64,000 bases of DNA. It comes from Clostridia bacterium (GTDB lineage: Bacteria; Bacillota; Clostridia; UBA1212; DUPL01). The stretch spans positions 320,001-384,000 of the forward strand of contig JBMNIW010000001.1 of NCBI GenBank assembly GCA_050951325.1, written 5' to 3'. Of the stretch, positions 20,038 through 29,299 are shown in pieces (the stretch's first letter is position 1; every line of letters begins with the position of its first letter). A program made the translations under genes and the position numbers. The notes beneath the pieces are model-generated. The model made no database searches, was not told where the DNA came from, and saw only the letters and a list, made by a program, of their open reading frames with translations.

Positions 20038-20703
20038 CTATAAATCAATAACATTACACATATGCTTATTGGGGTCAGAATCAAAAGTAACATATGTATC
20101 AGGTAGTTTTACTCCCCATTTTCGTAATACAGACACAGCATCATCAATAATTTCTCTTACTACATTCTCATCAATCACCGGATATATAAAAGTTTTCTTC
20201 GGCTGTACTTTTATATTTTTGACTCCCATCTGAGTCAATACTATTTCTAGATTTTTTCTTTTACGTAGAGAGTCTTTTACACAAGAAAATTGAAACCAAC
20301 CATAATTATTGAAGTTATGAAAATCTTCTGTGTTCCATTTCTCATATGCATACTCAATATGAGATACTCCTGATGGAGCAGGGCATGTTATGTTCTCCAA
20401 AGCATTTGATATAATTTTATCCAGAAAATTTATCTTAGTATTTTCTCCATAAATAAGCCAATATGCTACAGCAAAATCATTTACTATCTGTTCCTCACTT
20501 ATAGGGTGTGGACGCACATCTGCGTTAAAGCACATGATACCATGTCCCAACTCGTGCAATAAATTATACCAGTGAAAGTATGTTTCGAATCTTTCTCTCG
20601 CATGTATTCCTCCAAAAATAGCATCAACAATATGATTTAATTCTGATGTACCCATACCATACCTACCCGTTATTATGTTAATTGCCTTTTTACCCGTTTC
20701 CAT
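20038..20703 (-). CDS. Hypothetical protein with HExxH motif
   Basis: LLHELGHG followed by EEQIVNDFA. Confidence 0.6.
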   Translation of the reverse strand: METGKKAINIITGRYGMGTSELNHIVDAIFGGIHARERFETYFHWYNLLHELGHGIMCFNADVRPHPISEEQIVNDFAVAYWLIYGENTKINFLDKIISNALENITCPAPSGVSHIEYAYEKWNTEDFHNFNNYGWFQFSCVKDSLRKRKNLEIVLTQMGVKNIKVQPKKTFIYPVIDENVVREIIDDAVSVLRKWGVKLPDTYVTFDSDPNKHMCNVIDL

Positions 20704-20796
20704 ATGTTATCTCCTATTCATAAATACAAATTTTACTAATCACCCCACAAATCAGACTATGCATTTTTTAATTTTGAGCTCAGATTATAGCCACCT

Positions 20797-22419
20797 TTAC
20801 AATTTACTTAATTCATCCATCATTGCAGTTCTATTTTTATATCTTGATTTCCAGTCATTAGTAATTTCTAACACTAGCTCTTTACCTCCTGGATATTTCT
20901 CCATTCTTCTTAAAATCGATACTATCTCTCTATAGCGAGTTCTACTTGTTGTTTTTGTTGCCATATCCTTTACTGTATACTCGTATTTTTTCAAAAGTTC
21001 TTTTGGATAAATATCTTTTAAAATTTCTTCATATTCCATAAGCATATATAATCCATAAGAGCTCATAACCAAATCAATTAATCTATCATACAATCCCTCC
21101 ATCTCGTATAATTTATCAATTCCACTATATGGAGATAACTTACTAAAAATTATTTCTCTCTTCTCTAGCCATTCTTCTTCCGTGTATATTGATTTTAACT
21201 CTTTATATAATTCCACATCTCCTGCATTATAATCTAATACTAATGACCACAGCTCTTCTTCATAAAGTTGTTTTTCTCCTATTTCTTTATATAAATCTTT
21301 TAGCTTCATGCTATAATAGATTAAAAGCCCTGGCAAATCTTTTCCTTTGTCTTTACCTTCCTTAAGCAAGGTAATTGCTATATCGTAGTCCTTCTTGTTA
21401 ATACAAATATCAATATAATATTTTCTAACTTCATCAATTTCTATATTTTCTCTACAATACTCATCAATCTCTTGTTGACTTATATTCATTTCCTCTAGAG
21501 TCTCTATACTTCGTAAAATTAATTTACCAAGTTTATATTGATTAAACCATGAATCTTTTTCTACTTTATATTCTTTTATCTTGTCATCCAGGTACATGAG
21601 TTTGCTTTCCATGAACTCTTCTTCTCTAAAATCTTCAAATAAAATCTTCTCTACATAATCCTCCATATAATCTATAACAGACCCATCCAAATGTTCAACA
21701 AACCACTTGTACATATCTCTTTTAAAATCAATACTGCAATTGTCCAATATCTCTTGCCATATCTCTAAACATCTGCCAGCTATTTCTCCCGTTCCGCCAT
21801 CCGAATCATCCATATCTTGATTTGCTACTTTAACAAATATGTAATTCGTAAGGTCAAAGGCCTCTTTTAATTGATCATTATCTAGCATTGCTTGTATATC
21901 ATTGTCTAGAATTTCTTCAAGTTCTGATATGAATCCCCAGGCATTTTTATAATCAACAAAACCATGATACCCTGAATATCTCATAAATATATTATTTATT
22001 TGATTTTTATAACATTCCATATCAACACATTGCAATCTACTTTTAAATCTATTTAATAATTTTTCATCGGTTCTTAAAACATCAATTAAAAACTCTTTAA
22101 TTAAAGTAGGTTCTGCTTCTTCCACCAATTTAACAAGACTCTCCTCTATATCCTGACTTAGGAAAGCATTTTTTTCTTCCAAATAAAATAATACTGCAGC
22201 CATATGTTTGCAATTGTATCCAGCATCCGCATATGGACAATTACAACTTAAATCTATGATTTCCTCATCATCCTTCACAATGCCAACCTTGTATTCTTCC
22301 GTTCCATACACTGTAGCTTCTATCATATTATCTTTAGTATATACATTTCCAACACGGTTAGTAATAAAATAATCTATACCTTTATCTAATATATGTTCTT
22401 TAAATAAATGCCTCCACAT
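20797..22419 (-). CDS. SWIM zinc-finger family protein
   Basis: CNCP...CKHMAAVL SWIM motif; helical C-terminus ending YKNRTAMMDEL. Confidence 0.88.
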   Translation of the reverse strand: MWRHLFKEHILDKGIDYFITNRVGNVYTKDNMIEATVYGTEEYKVGIVKDDEEIIDLSCNCPYADAGYNCKHMAAVLFYLEEKNAFLSQDIEESLVKLVEEAEPTLIKEFLIDVLRTDEKLLNRFKSRLQCVDMECYKNQINNIFMRYSGYHGFVDYKNAWGFISELEEILDNDIQAMLDNDQLKEAFDLTNYIFVKVANQDMDDSDGGTGEIAGRCLEIWQEILDNCSIDFKRDMYKWFVEHLDGSVIDYMEDYVEKILFEDFREEEFMESKLMYLDDKIKEYKVEKDSWFNQYKLGKLILRSIETLEEMNISQQEIDEYCRENIEIDEVRKYYIDICINKKDYDIAITLLKEGKDKGKDLPGLLIYYSMKLKDLYKEIGEKQLYEEELWSLVLDYNAGDVELYKELKSIYTEEEWLEKREIIFSKLSPYSGIDKLYEMEGLYDRLIDLVMSSYGLYMLMEYEEILKDIYPKELLKKYEYTVKDMATKTTSRTRYREIVSILRRMEKYPGGKELVLEITNDWKSRYKNRTAMMDELSKL

Positions 22420-22864
22420 TTTATCAACTCCTTAATACTAAGGTGTATCCACAATTAATTAGTACAATTATATGAACCAGTGAGTCCGAATCAATTGACC
22501 ACTTACAACTTCGTTTTGACACTCATGTGCTATATATAATAAAATACAAAATTGCATATTTTAATGATAGCATTTTTAATTTTGATAAACAAGATTGTCA
22601 ATCTCTCTGGTGAGCACTACATACTATTTTCTGTATTTCCTCATACTCTCCTCTTCCAGTTCAATTTTGCATGTACCATGATTAAACTGCCCAAAACGCC
22701 ATCAGCATCAGCTTGCGGCTCACACTCAGCTTTCCGCATTACATGCAAACTTGTGCGGAACGAAAAAATCGCATGCACCAAAAGTACTCCTCGCAACACT
22801 TATGCAAGGGGCGCATGCTTACTGATATTGAGTTATCTATAAAGCAAATGGGATAACGGTGTTT

Positions 22865-24328
22865 TTATAAACATATCGGTAACACCACGGATAGCAGCAG
22901 TACTATAGAGAACACAAGCACTGCCCACCCAAGCCAAACAGAGAGAATCGGAAAAACCGAGGAAACAAACAGATATTTCTGACAAGAGCACCAGATAAGT
23001 ATCCCAAGAAAAACAAATGACATAGCAAGCTTAAGCATTATGGCAAATGTTTTCATTTTCTGATTAAAAGGAACAATCATTCTTAGTATCACCATTATGC
23101 TGGATGCGACCAATATGCCTACAATTACGCAAAGCCCATAATGCCCCCAAATAATACGTTCCATGCCAACAGATGAAAATCCGCGCCACTGTGCCCAGTC
23201 ACTTAAAACATAAGCAATAAGCGGCCAGCTTCGCTGGCTGTTTGTTAGAATTACGATGGCGTCACCTGTTTCGGGCACGGACTGCAAATGAGTCATAATA
23301 CCATTGCCCTGGCCACCGTGAGAAACAGAGAGCATACCGTTTGGTAACTTTTCAATATAGTGACCAAATCCGTATGCATCGAATACAAAACCGTAAATGC
23401 CAATTTTATTACTTTGTGGAGTATAAAGCTGTTTAATACTGTCCTCACTTAATACCAAATTTCCCTGCATACCTGCCGCTGCAAAGAGAGCAATATCGTG
23501 AGCTGTGGCAAACAATCCACCTGAAGCTTTTGATGGGTAGAGATAAACTGGAACCATCTTCCCTTCAAGGTTATACCCAGTTGGAGGATAAGGCTCAAGT
23601 GTGTCAATATTAAAGAAAGAACTATTCATGCCAAGTGGAAGCAAGACTTCATTGCGTATATATTCTGAAAAGCTTTGCCCTGTAACATCCTCAATTAATA
23701 TTTCAAGCAAGTTATAGCCTATGTTGGAATAGGAAAAACCAGCACCCGGTTTGCGCACAAGTATTGCTTCCTCTGTCATCACATCCCGATTGGAGGGCAT
23801 CACCTCGTCTAGGGAATAGATTTTGGTGAAATCCCCCAATGGCATTCCCGAAGTGTGGCTCAAAAGCTGCCGTACCGTTATTTTTTTTACCGGATAGTCA
23901 GACTTTGGAAATTTCCAGCTTGTTAGATACTGCGATACCGGAGCATCCAAGTCAACAAGCCCCTTCTCCACAAGCTTTATAACTCCCCAAGCGGTAACAG
24001 GTTTCGTAATGGATTGAACACTCATGGGAGTATCGACAGTCAGTACTCTTCTGTTTTCCACATCTGCATACCCATAACTTTCAGTCCATGTCAGTTTAAA
24101 ATCTTTAACAAGCGCAATACTGCATCCTGGTATACCATACTGCTTCATAAGATGAGGAATGCGTTCATTTATATATCTCTTGAATTCCTCAAGAGGCGCA
24201 TCGGTACTAATCTTTCGCTTGACTTGCAGACTACCGGAAAACAGCATAACGAGAAAGCTGGCTGCCATTGATAAAGTGATAAACCATATCCACATCCTTC
24301 GACCTTTAAGAATTCTTGGCTTTTTCAT
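22865..24328 (-). CDS. Serine hydrolase (beta-lactamase class C-like), membrane-anchored
   Basis: SITK (SxxK), YSN, LLSHTSG, HGG; N- and C-terminal TM helices. Confidence 0.88.
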   Translation of the reverse strand: MKKPRILKGRRMWIWFITLSMAASFLVMLFSGSLQVKRKISTDAPLEEFKRYINERIPHLMKQYGIPGCSIALVKDFKLTWTESYGYADVENRRVLTVDTPMSVQSITKPVTAWGVIKLVEKGLVDLDAPVSQYLTSWKFPKSDYPVKKITVRQLLSHTSGMPLGDFTKIYSLDEVMPSNRDVMTEEAILVRKPGAGFSYSNIGYNLLEILIEDVTGQSFSEYIRNEVLLPLGMNSSFFNIDTLEPYPPTGYNLEGKMVPVYLYPSKASGGLFATAHDIALFAAAGMQGNLVLSEDSIKQLYTPQSNKIGIYGFVFDAYGFGHYIEKLPNGMLSVSHGGQGNGIMTHLQSVPETGDAIVILTNSQRSWPLIAYVLSDWAQWRGFSSVGMERIIWGHYGLCVIVGILVASSIMVILRMIVPFNQKMKTFAIMLKLAMSFVFLGILIWCSCQKYLFVSSVFPILSVWLGWAVLVFSIVLLLSVVLPICL

Positions 24329-24337
24329 GACAGCACC

Positions 24338-24508
24338 TCATTTTTTAAATTGCATGGTAATTGCTCCTAGAACCACACCCAAACCAGCTCCAAAGCAAAG
24401 CCACAGAATTACGTTCTGCAAAAGTGCACCCAGAACTATGCCAAAAGCAGCACCTAAAACTATACTTGTTCCCATGTTCCAATAATCTGACATTTTACTC
24501 TTGTTCAT
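24338..24508 (-). CDS. 56-aa glycine-zipper membrane protein (below ORF-track cutoff)
   Basis: AGGAGGTG SD; MNKSKMSDYWNMGTSIVLGAAFGIVLGALLQNVILWLCFGAGLGVVLGAITMQFKK. Confidence 0.7.
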   Translation of the reverse strand: MNKSKMSDYWNMGTSIVLGAAFGIVLGALLQNVILWLCFGAGLGVVLGAITMQFKK

Positions 24509-24535
24509 GCAACTCACCTCCTTTTGTTTTTCATG

Positions 24536-24703
24536 TTATAACAGTTGTTTTCTTTTGAGTGTCTCACTGACCTCACAACAGGTTTTCTCCTTTTTCCTCT
24601 CTGCTTCGTGTATTTCAGCAGCATTTAGACTCTGAAACTCTCCGGACAACTGATGGAAAAACTTCAATATTTTCTTTCCAATACTTTTACTAACCATAAT
24701 CAT
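24536..24703 (-). CDS. 55-aa hypothetical peptide (possibly truncated)
   Basis: GAGGAAGG SD; MIMVSKSIGKKILKFFHQLSGEFQSLNAAEIHEAERKKEKTCCEVSETLKRKQLL. Confidence 0.4.
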   Translation of the reverse strand: MIMVSKSIGKKILKFFHQLSGEFQSLNAAEIHEAERKKEKTCCEVSETLKRKQLL

Positions 24704-24792
24704 AATACCTTCCTCATTATTCTTGTTTCATATTGAGTATAAAAGGTTGGATGGTCATATGATTAGTTACCAGAGTCATGTTTTGGGTAATA

Positions 24793-24820
24793 AAAAGTGG
24801 GAGCTTTGGCTCCCAACTTT
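24793..24820 (-). terminator. Intrinsic terminator after response regulator
   Basis: AAAGTGGGAGC-TTTG-GCTCCCAACTTT. Confidence 0.7.
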
Positions 24821-25454
24821 AAAATCCTAACTGCTTGAAGTATAATATTGCGTTTGCCCGGTCAGATATTCCTGCCTTGCTGTAGATTTGACTGATATAG
24901 TTCTTTACCGTACCAACGGTTAAAAAAAGTGTTTGAGCAATTTCCTGATTGCTTTTCCCTTCCATCAGCAGACGAATGATATCCTGCTCTCGCTGGGTAA
25001 AGTCCTCAAGTTTTGTTTCCACTTTACCAGGTCTTCCAATATGACCAACGATTTTGGCGGCAATATTTCCTGGTAAAATGACATTTCCTTGTACGGTATC
25101 ACGAATTGCTTCAGCCAGTTTCACCCCGCTTATATCCTTAAGAAGATACCCTGAAGCACCATATGTAATGGCACCCAGAATCGATTCGTCATCATCAAAG
25201 GTGGTTAGTACCAACACGGCTGTTTCAGGAAAATCTTGCTTTATTAAACGGGTTGCTTCTACCCCATTCATAACCGGCATTCGTATATCCATAAGAACCA
25301 CCTGCGGTCGATGGATTTTAGTCTGCTCGTAAGCTTCCATACCATTTTTAGCTTCTGCAACAATCTGAATATCCGAGTTGGTTTCAAGTAATGCACGCAG
25401 CCCATCCCGAATGATGGTCTGATCGTCTGCCAGCAGTACGGTAATCTTGTTCAT
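24819..25454 (-). CDS. NarL/LuxR-family response regulator
   Basis: LADD, MDIRMP, LTTFDDD, GYLLK, C-terminal HTH SNQEIA...GTVKNY. Confidence 0.95.
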   Translation of the reverse strand: MNKITVLLADDQTIIRDGLRALLETNSDIQIVAEAKNGMEAYEQTKIHRPQVVLMDIRMPVMNGVEATRLIKQDFPETAVLVLTTFDDDESILGAITYGASGYLLKDISGVKLAEAIRDTVQGNVILPGNIAAKIVGHIGRPGKVETKLEDFTQREQDIIRLLMEGKSNQEIAQTLFLTVGTVKNYISQIYSKAGISDRANAILYFKQLGF

Positions 25455-25455
25455 T

Positions 25456-26841
25456 TTAACTCTCCTTTCTCTGCAAGGTGGGAATAATGAGGTTGACGGT
25501 AAACCCTTCTCCTGGCGTGCTTTCTATTTCCAGCACTCCACCTACGCTATCTACCCGTTCTGTCATGATAGATAGTCCAGACCCATATTTGACATCTGCC
25601 GTTCCACTACCGTTGTCTGTAAAAGTCAGCCGCAACTTCCCTTTATACTCACCTATCAGAATGTCCACATGCGTTGCCTGTCCATGCCTGATTGCATTGG
25701 TTGTACATTCCTTAACTGCCGAGAGTAGTATGCCGGCTTGAAGGGGAGGCAGAGCAGGTTCTGTCTCCATGACAAGATTAATATCAAGTCCGGTATCAGA
25801 ACGGATTTCTTTTAAAAGCTGCTCAAGGGTGGCTGCAAAACCGATTTTCTTTTCAACTCTGACAACTTTAACTGAAGCACGAAGCTCGGAAAGTCCTCTC
25901 CGCACCAGATCCGTGCCTTGCTGTATCTTTTTTTGTGCTTCATGGGACTTAGAAACAAGTCCTTCTGCCGCTTCCAGTGTATGGACGGCTGCAGTTAATG
26001 TATGTCCAACCGTATCGTGCATTTCCGCAGCAATACGGTTTCTCTCTTCCACCACTGCCAGTCTTTTTAGCTTTTCCGATTGCTCATTCACTGTACGGAG
26101 AGCTGATTCCAACTTCACACTTGTAATCATCTGCTTTTTCAAATTATAGAAAGCAAGCAAGGCCAGCAGAACCACAATTGTATTGACGAAAAAATATCGG
26201 ATCAGATCAGCAGTTTCACCAATACGGGACAAATGTATTGTTCTTGCCATGCTGCCCAATAGATATGCGCCCATTGCACCCATACCATACGCCTTTGCAC
26301 GAGATAGCGATGCGTGGTTGATGGCACTAAAACCCGCAATGATGGAAAGAAACAAATTATCGCCAGAAGAATCCAGGTATTGGATTGGTATACAAAGAGC
26401 AAGCTGCAGTATCGGCAAAAGAGGTTCGGCTCTAAAGCGCTTTTTTTCAGGAAGCAGATTATATAGCAGCATTATGAGAAAAGAGAATGTCAAAAGCCAA
26501 ATCAAGGGAATGTACGCAGAAGTTTCGTAATTTTCCGCCAGCATATGTATACCCATTACTTGATAAGCAATCAGCAGCAGTAAAAAGATCCCCTTGTTCG
26601 TCAAGTGATTTGCCTTCTCTACTTTCTCAGTTGTGGTGTCCTTTGGCAGCTTCTTTTCAGCACGAAGCAGATAAAAGGCAATGGCAGCAAGCCCAAAAAC
26701 AGTTACAGACAATATGTACAAGACGCAGAGAAGAGGCTTTCGATTTACTTGTCTTATGCTCTTTGCAATATAGAGAATTTGCAGCAACAGCTGAAGCAAT
26801 ACCCCCGGCAGTAAAAACGGCCATATTTCCCTAATTTGCAT
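25456..26841 (-). CDS. Sensor histidine kinase (HisKA_3)
   Basis: ERNRIAAEMHDTVGH H-box, TNAIRHG, DNGSG, GSGL; TM-rich N-terminus. Confidence 0.93.
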   Translation of the reverse strand: MQIREIWPFLLPGVLLQLLLQILYIAKSIRQVNRKPLLCVLYILSVTVFGLAAIAFYLLRAEKKLPKDTTTEKVEKANHLTNKGIFLLLLIAYQVMGIHMLAENYETSAYIPLIWLLTFSFLIMLLYNLLPEKKRFRAEPLLPILQLALCIPIQYLDSSGDNLFLSIIAGFSAINHASLSRAKAYGMGAMGAYLLGSMARTIHLSRIGETADLIRYFFVNTIVVLLALLAFYNLKKQMITSVKLESALRTVNEQSEKLKRLAVVEERNRIAAEMHDTVGHTLTAAVHTLEAAEGLVSKSHEAQKKIQQGTDLVRRGLSELRASVKVVRVEKKIGFAATLEQLLKEIRSDTGLDINLVMETEPALPPLQAGILLSAVKECTTNAIRHGQATHVDILIGEYKGKLRLTFTDNGSGTADVKYGSGLSIMTERVDSVGGVLEIESTPGEGFTVNLIIPTLQRKES

Positions 26842-27056
26842 AATACTACCTCGCCTTCCCAATCAACTTGTTGTTTCCGCATTACACCGTATACCGGGTG
26901 TACTTTGGAAGTGATTATCTTCACTGTAATCCATTAAGATGATCTTCCCATTTATCTCACCTTTTTTGTACAAACACGATAACTCTGCATAAAGGTCATT
27001 TTTTATTATATATTCCATTTTCCCATGAAGTCAACTGTAATACATCAAATATAAAT

Positions 27057-27086
27057 ACACCCTCGATATTTCATCGAGGGTGGTTT
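27057..27086. terminator. Intrinsic terminator
   Basis: CACCCTCGAT-ATTTC-ATCGAGGGTG. Confidence 0.7.
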
Positions 27087-27113
27087 AAATCCCATAAATG
27101 CAGGCAAATAACT

Positions 27114-27509
27114 TTATGTTGTTGCTTCTATCCACTTTCCAACAACTTCTATTATCATTTGTCTTTTTTCCTGTATTTCATTCATAGTATTGAAGGATGC
27201 AATTGCTCTGTCATTTTCCTTCCAAATTAAAATATCATAATCGCCGCTTAGCAATCTGTTCTTTGGCATTTCTTTAACCTTCGCACCGCGATGAAATATT
27301 ACTTGCAGCTGTTTTTTAGGACTGATTCTTATAGTGATGCGATCCTCTCCATTTATACTGTAGTTAGGACCGTTCCACTTTACACTTTCAGTCAACTCAT
27401 AACCCGCACCCATTATTATTTCCCTCAAACACTCAACCTCATCTCTTAAGGAAAGGTTCAAACTATCCAAAAAATATGTCACTTCTTTATTCAAATTACT
27501 TTGACCCAT
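27114..27509 (-). CDS. DUF1801 domain protein
   Basis: LREII...ESVKWNGPNY, FHRGAK. Confidence 0.8.
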   Translation of the reverse strand: MGQSNLNKEVTYFLDSLNLSLRDEVECLREIIMGAGYELTESVKWNGPNYSINGEDRITIRISPKKQLQVIFHRGAKVKEMPKNRLLSGDYDILIWKENDRAIASFNTMNEIQEKRQMIIEVVGKWIEATT

Positions 27510-27575
27510 ATGTGCACCCCCATTATTCAATTAGAAAAAGTATAAAGGGAGTAAAACATAAAATCAAATTAAATT

Positions 27576-27944
27576 TCATATGGCAAAAAGGTCTGTGCCG
27601 CACTGTGTACAAAAACGCGCGTCGGGAACGGTGGGAGTGCCGCATTTTGGACAGAAATTTATCTGCGGGTTGACCTGATATGTAAGCGGCAAATCTTCAT
27701 CCAGCGCTTTTTCAGAAAAAAACAGCCAGAATATGTCTCCACCGTCCTCACATATTCCGATGGCACCACTGGGAGACACCACATAAAAGTCGTTTTCGTC
27801 AATGGGGTCTTCACTGTCGCTTGTTTCGGCAAGCACCAGCAAGCCTTTTACGTCGTATCTATCATTGGAAGTGGCAAAGCTCCAGCTTCCGCAGAGTGTT
27901 GCGGCAAGTTCCGCCGCTTCCAGCATAGTATCGAATCTCTCCAT
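27576..27944 (-). CDS. Zinc-ribbon domain protein
   Basis: C-terminal FCPKCG...FCTQCG. Confidence 0.8.
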   Translation of the reverse strand: MERFDTMLEAAELAATLCGSWSFATSNDRYDVKGLLVLAETSDSEDPIDENDFYVVSPSGAIGICEDGGDIFWLFFSEKALDEDLPLTYQVNPQINFCPKCGTPTVPDARFCTQCGTDLFAI

Positions 27945-27958
27945 TATAAAAAGCCTCC

Positions 27959-29293
27959 TTATTTGAATAACAGATTATTACACCGCTTGCAGCGGTCATT
28001 TTGTATGGGGTTCATCATGGAGCAGACGTTGCAGTAGATGATGCGGTCTTTAGATTTGTCATACTTCTCGTATGTACCGAATTTGGGATGAAACCGTACC
28101 CTGTCGCCAACGGACAGATAATCGTACATATCTCGCCCGCTGTCCTTTTCCACGATAGTCTTTTTCTTGCCCGCATCGGTGTTGATGATTGTGGTATATT
28201 CCGTATAGGTTCTGTAATTATCATCTTCGCCGCCCCTATGCTCGCTTTTCTCCTTGCTGTACTTATTGACGACCACACCCTCCCACATTGGTTGCTTGGT
28301 TCTTCGGAGCGCCAGCAGATTAAAGACCAGCATGACAAGAGCAATGCCCATGCCGATGATAATGGATTCTCCAAAGGGGAAATCGTCCATCAGCAGACCG
28401 GCGACAGGAAAGCCGATGAGCGGCACGAACACCAATATCCACATACATCCAATGGAGAATTTTTTGTTTTTCTGTGCGGCCGCCAGTATCTCAGGGCAGT
28501 TATACCTGTCGGAAAAGCCGACCAGCCCCGCGCCGCTCTGTGGGGGCGCGGGAGTTGCTACATGGTGTGGTTCCATCGGCTCCGACGTTGCCGAATTCAC
28601 CGCCTTTCCGCAGCCAATACAAAATTCGGCTCCCTCCGGAAGCGTTGCGCCGCAGGCCGTACACTCGCCGGGGACATTTGCTTGTGTTTTTGCGCCGCAG
28701 CCCGAACAGAAATCCGCGCCCTCTGGCAGTTTATTTCCACAGTTGGGACAAAACATATCCGTATCACTCCTTTGCTCGATAATTTGAGATGCGGCGGGCT
28801 TCCTCGCCGCTGTTTTCTTCTTTTTCTCGCCTCTGGCTGTTCGTATGACAAGCAACAGCAAAAGCAGATAACCGATAGGGGCAAGAATGTGGTAAATAAT
28901 TGCTACTTCGCCCATCTCGCTAAATTCGCACAGCATGGCGGGTTCATTCACATAAGGTAAAAAGCTAAGGTAGCGGATGCGCTCGGAGCGCGTTTCGCCC
29001 TCGTCCAAGCTCGGCCATGCCTCGTCGCTGCTATATATCACATAGCCCCGGTATTCCTTGCCGTTTACCAGAAACCAATAGCCTTTTGAAACGGTGCGGG
29101 AACGGTTTTCTCCCGCATTCGTATTATCAAGTCTGCTGTCATAGCTGTCCACCGTACCCATGACGGAATCGCCCCATATCGCCAGCGCCAGCGTAGAGAG
29201 GCTCAAATACATGGCAAACAGCAAAACAGCATAGATCAGGATGCGTATAACTATTGGGATTTTATCGTTTTTTTTAGCCAATGTAAAACACAT
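27959..29293 (-). CDS. Membrane protein with double zinc ribbons
   Basis: Four CxxCG motifs centrally, TM helices, C-terminal CNVC...CKRC. Confidence 0.8.
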   Translation of the reverse strand: MCFTLAKKNDKIPIVIRILIYAVLLFAMYLSLSTLALAIWGDSVMGTVDSYDSRLDNTNAGENRSRTVSKGYWFLVNGKEYRGYVIYSSDEAWPSLDEGETRSERIRYLSFLPYVNEPAMLCEFSEMGEVAIIYHILAPIGYLLLLLLVIRTARGEKKKKTAARKPAASQIIEQRSDTDMFCPNCGNKLPEGADFCSGCGAKTQANVPGECTACGATLPEGAEFCIGCGKAVNSATSEPMEPHHVATPAPPQSGAGLVGFSDRYNCPEILAAAQKNKKFSIGCMWILVFVPLIGFPVAGLLMDDFPFGESIIIGMGIALVMLVFNLLALRRTKQPMWEGVVVNKYSKEKSEHRGGEDDNYRTYTEYTTIINTDAGKKKTIVEKDSGRDMYDYLSVGDRVRFHPKFGTYEKYDKSKDRIIYCNVCSMMNPIQNDRCKRCNNLLFK

Positions 29294-29299
29294 CTTTCG

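Noticed and set aside
22552-22860. GC-richer intergenic stretch / 96-aa ORF as ncRNA or oriT
   Set aside because: No recognisable RNA family motif, convincing long hairpin or SD that I can support by eye
28001-28960. 319-aa plus-strand ORF (and similar antisense ORFs such as 35305-36030, 1426-2013, 34073-34621)
   Set aside because: Shadow frames of well-supported opposite-strand genes, with no SD or motifs
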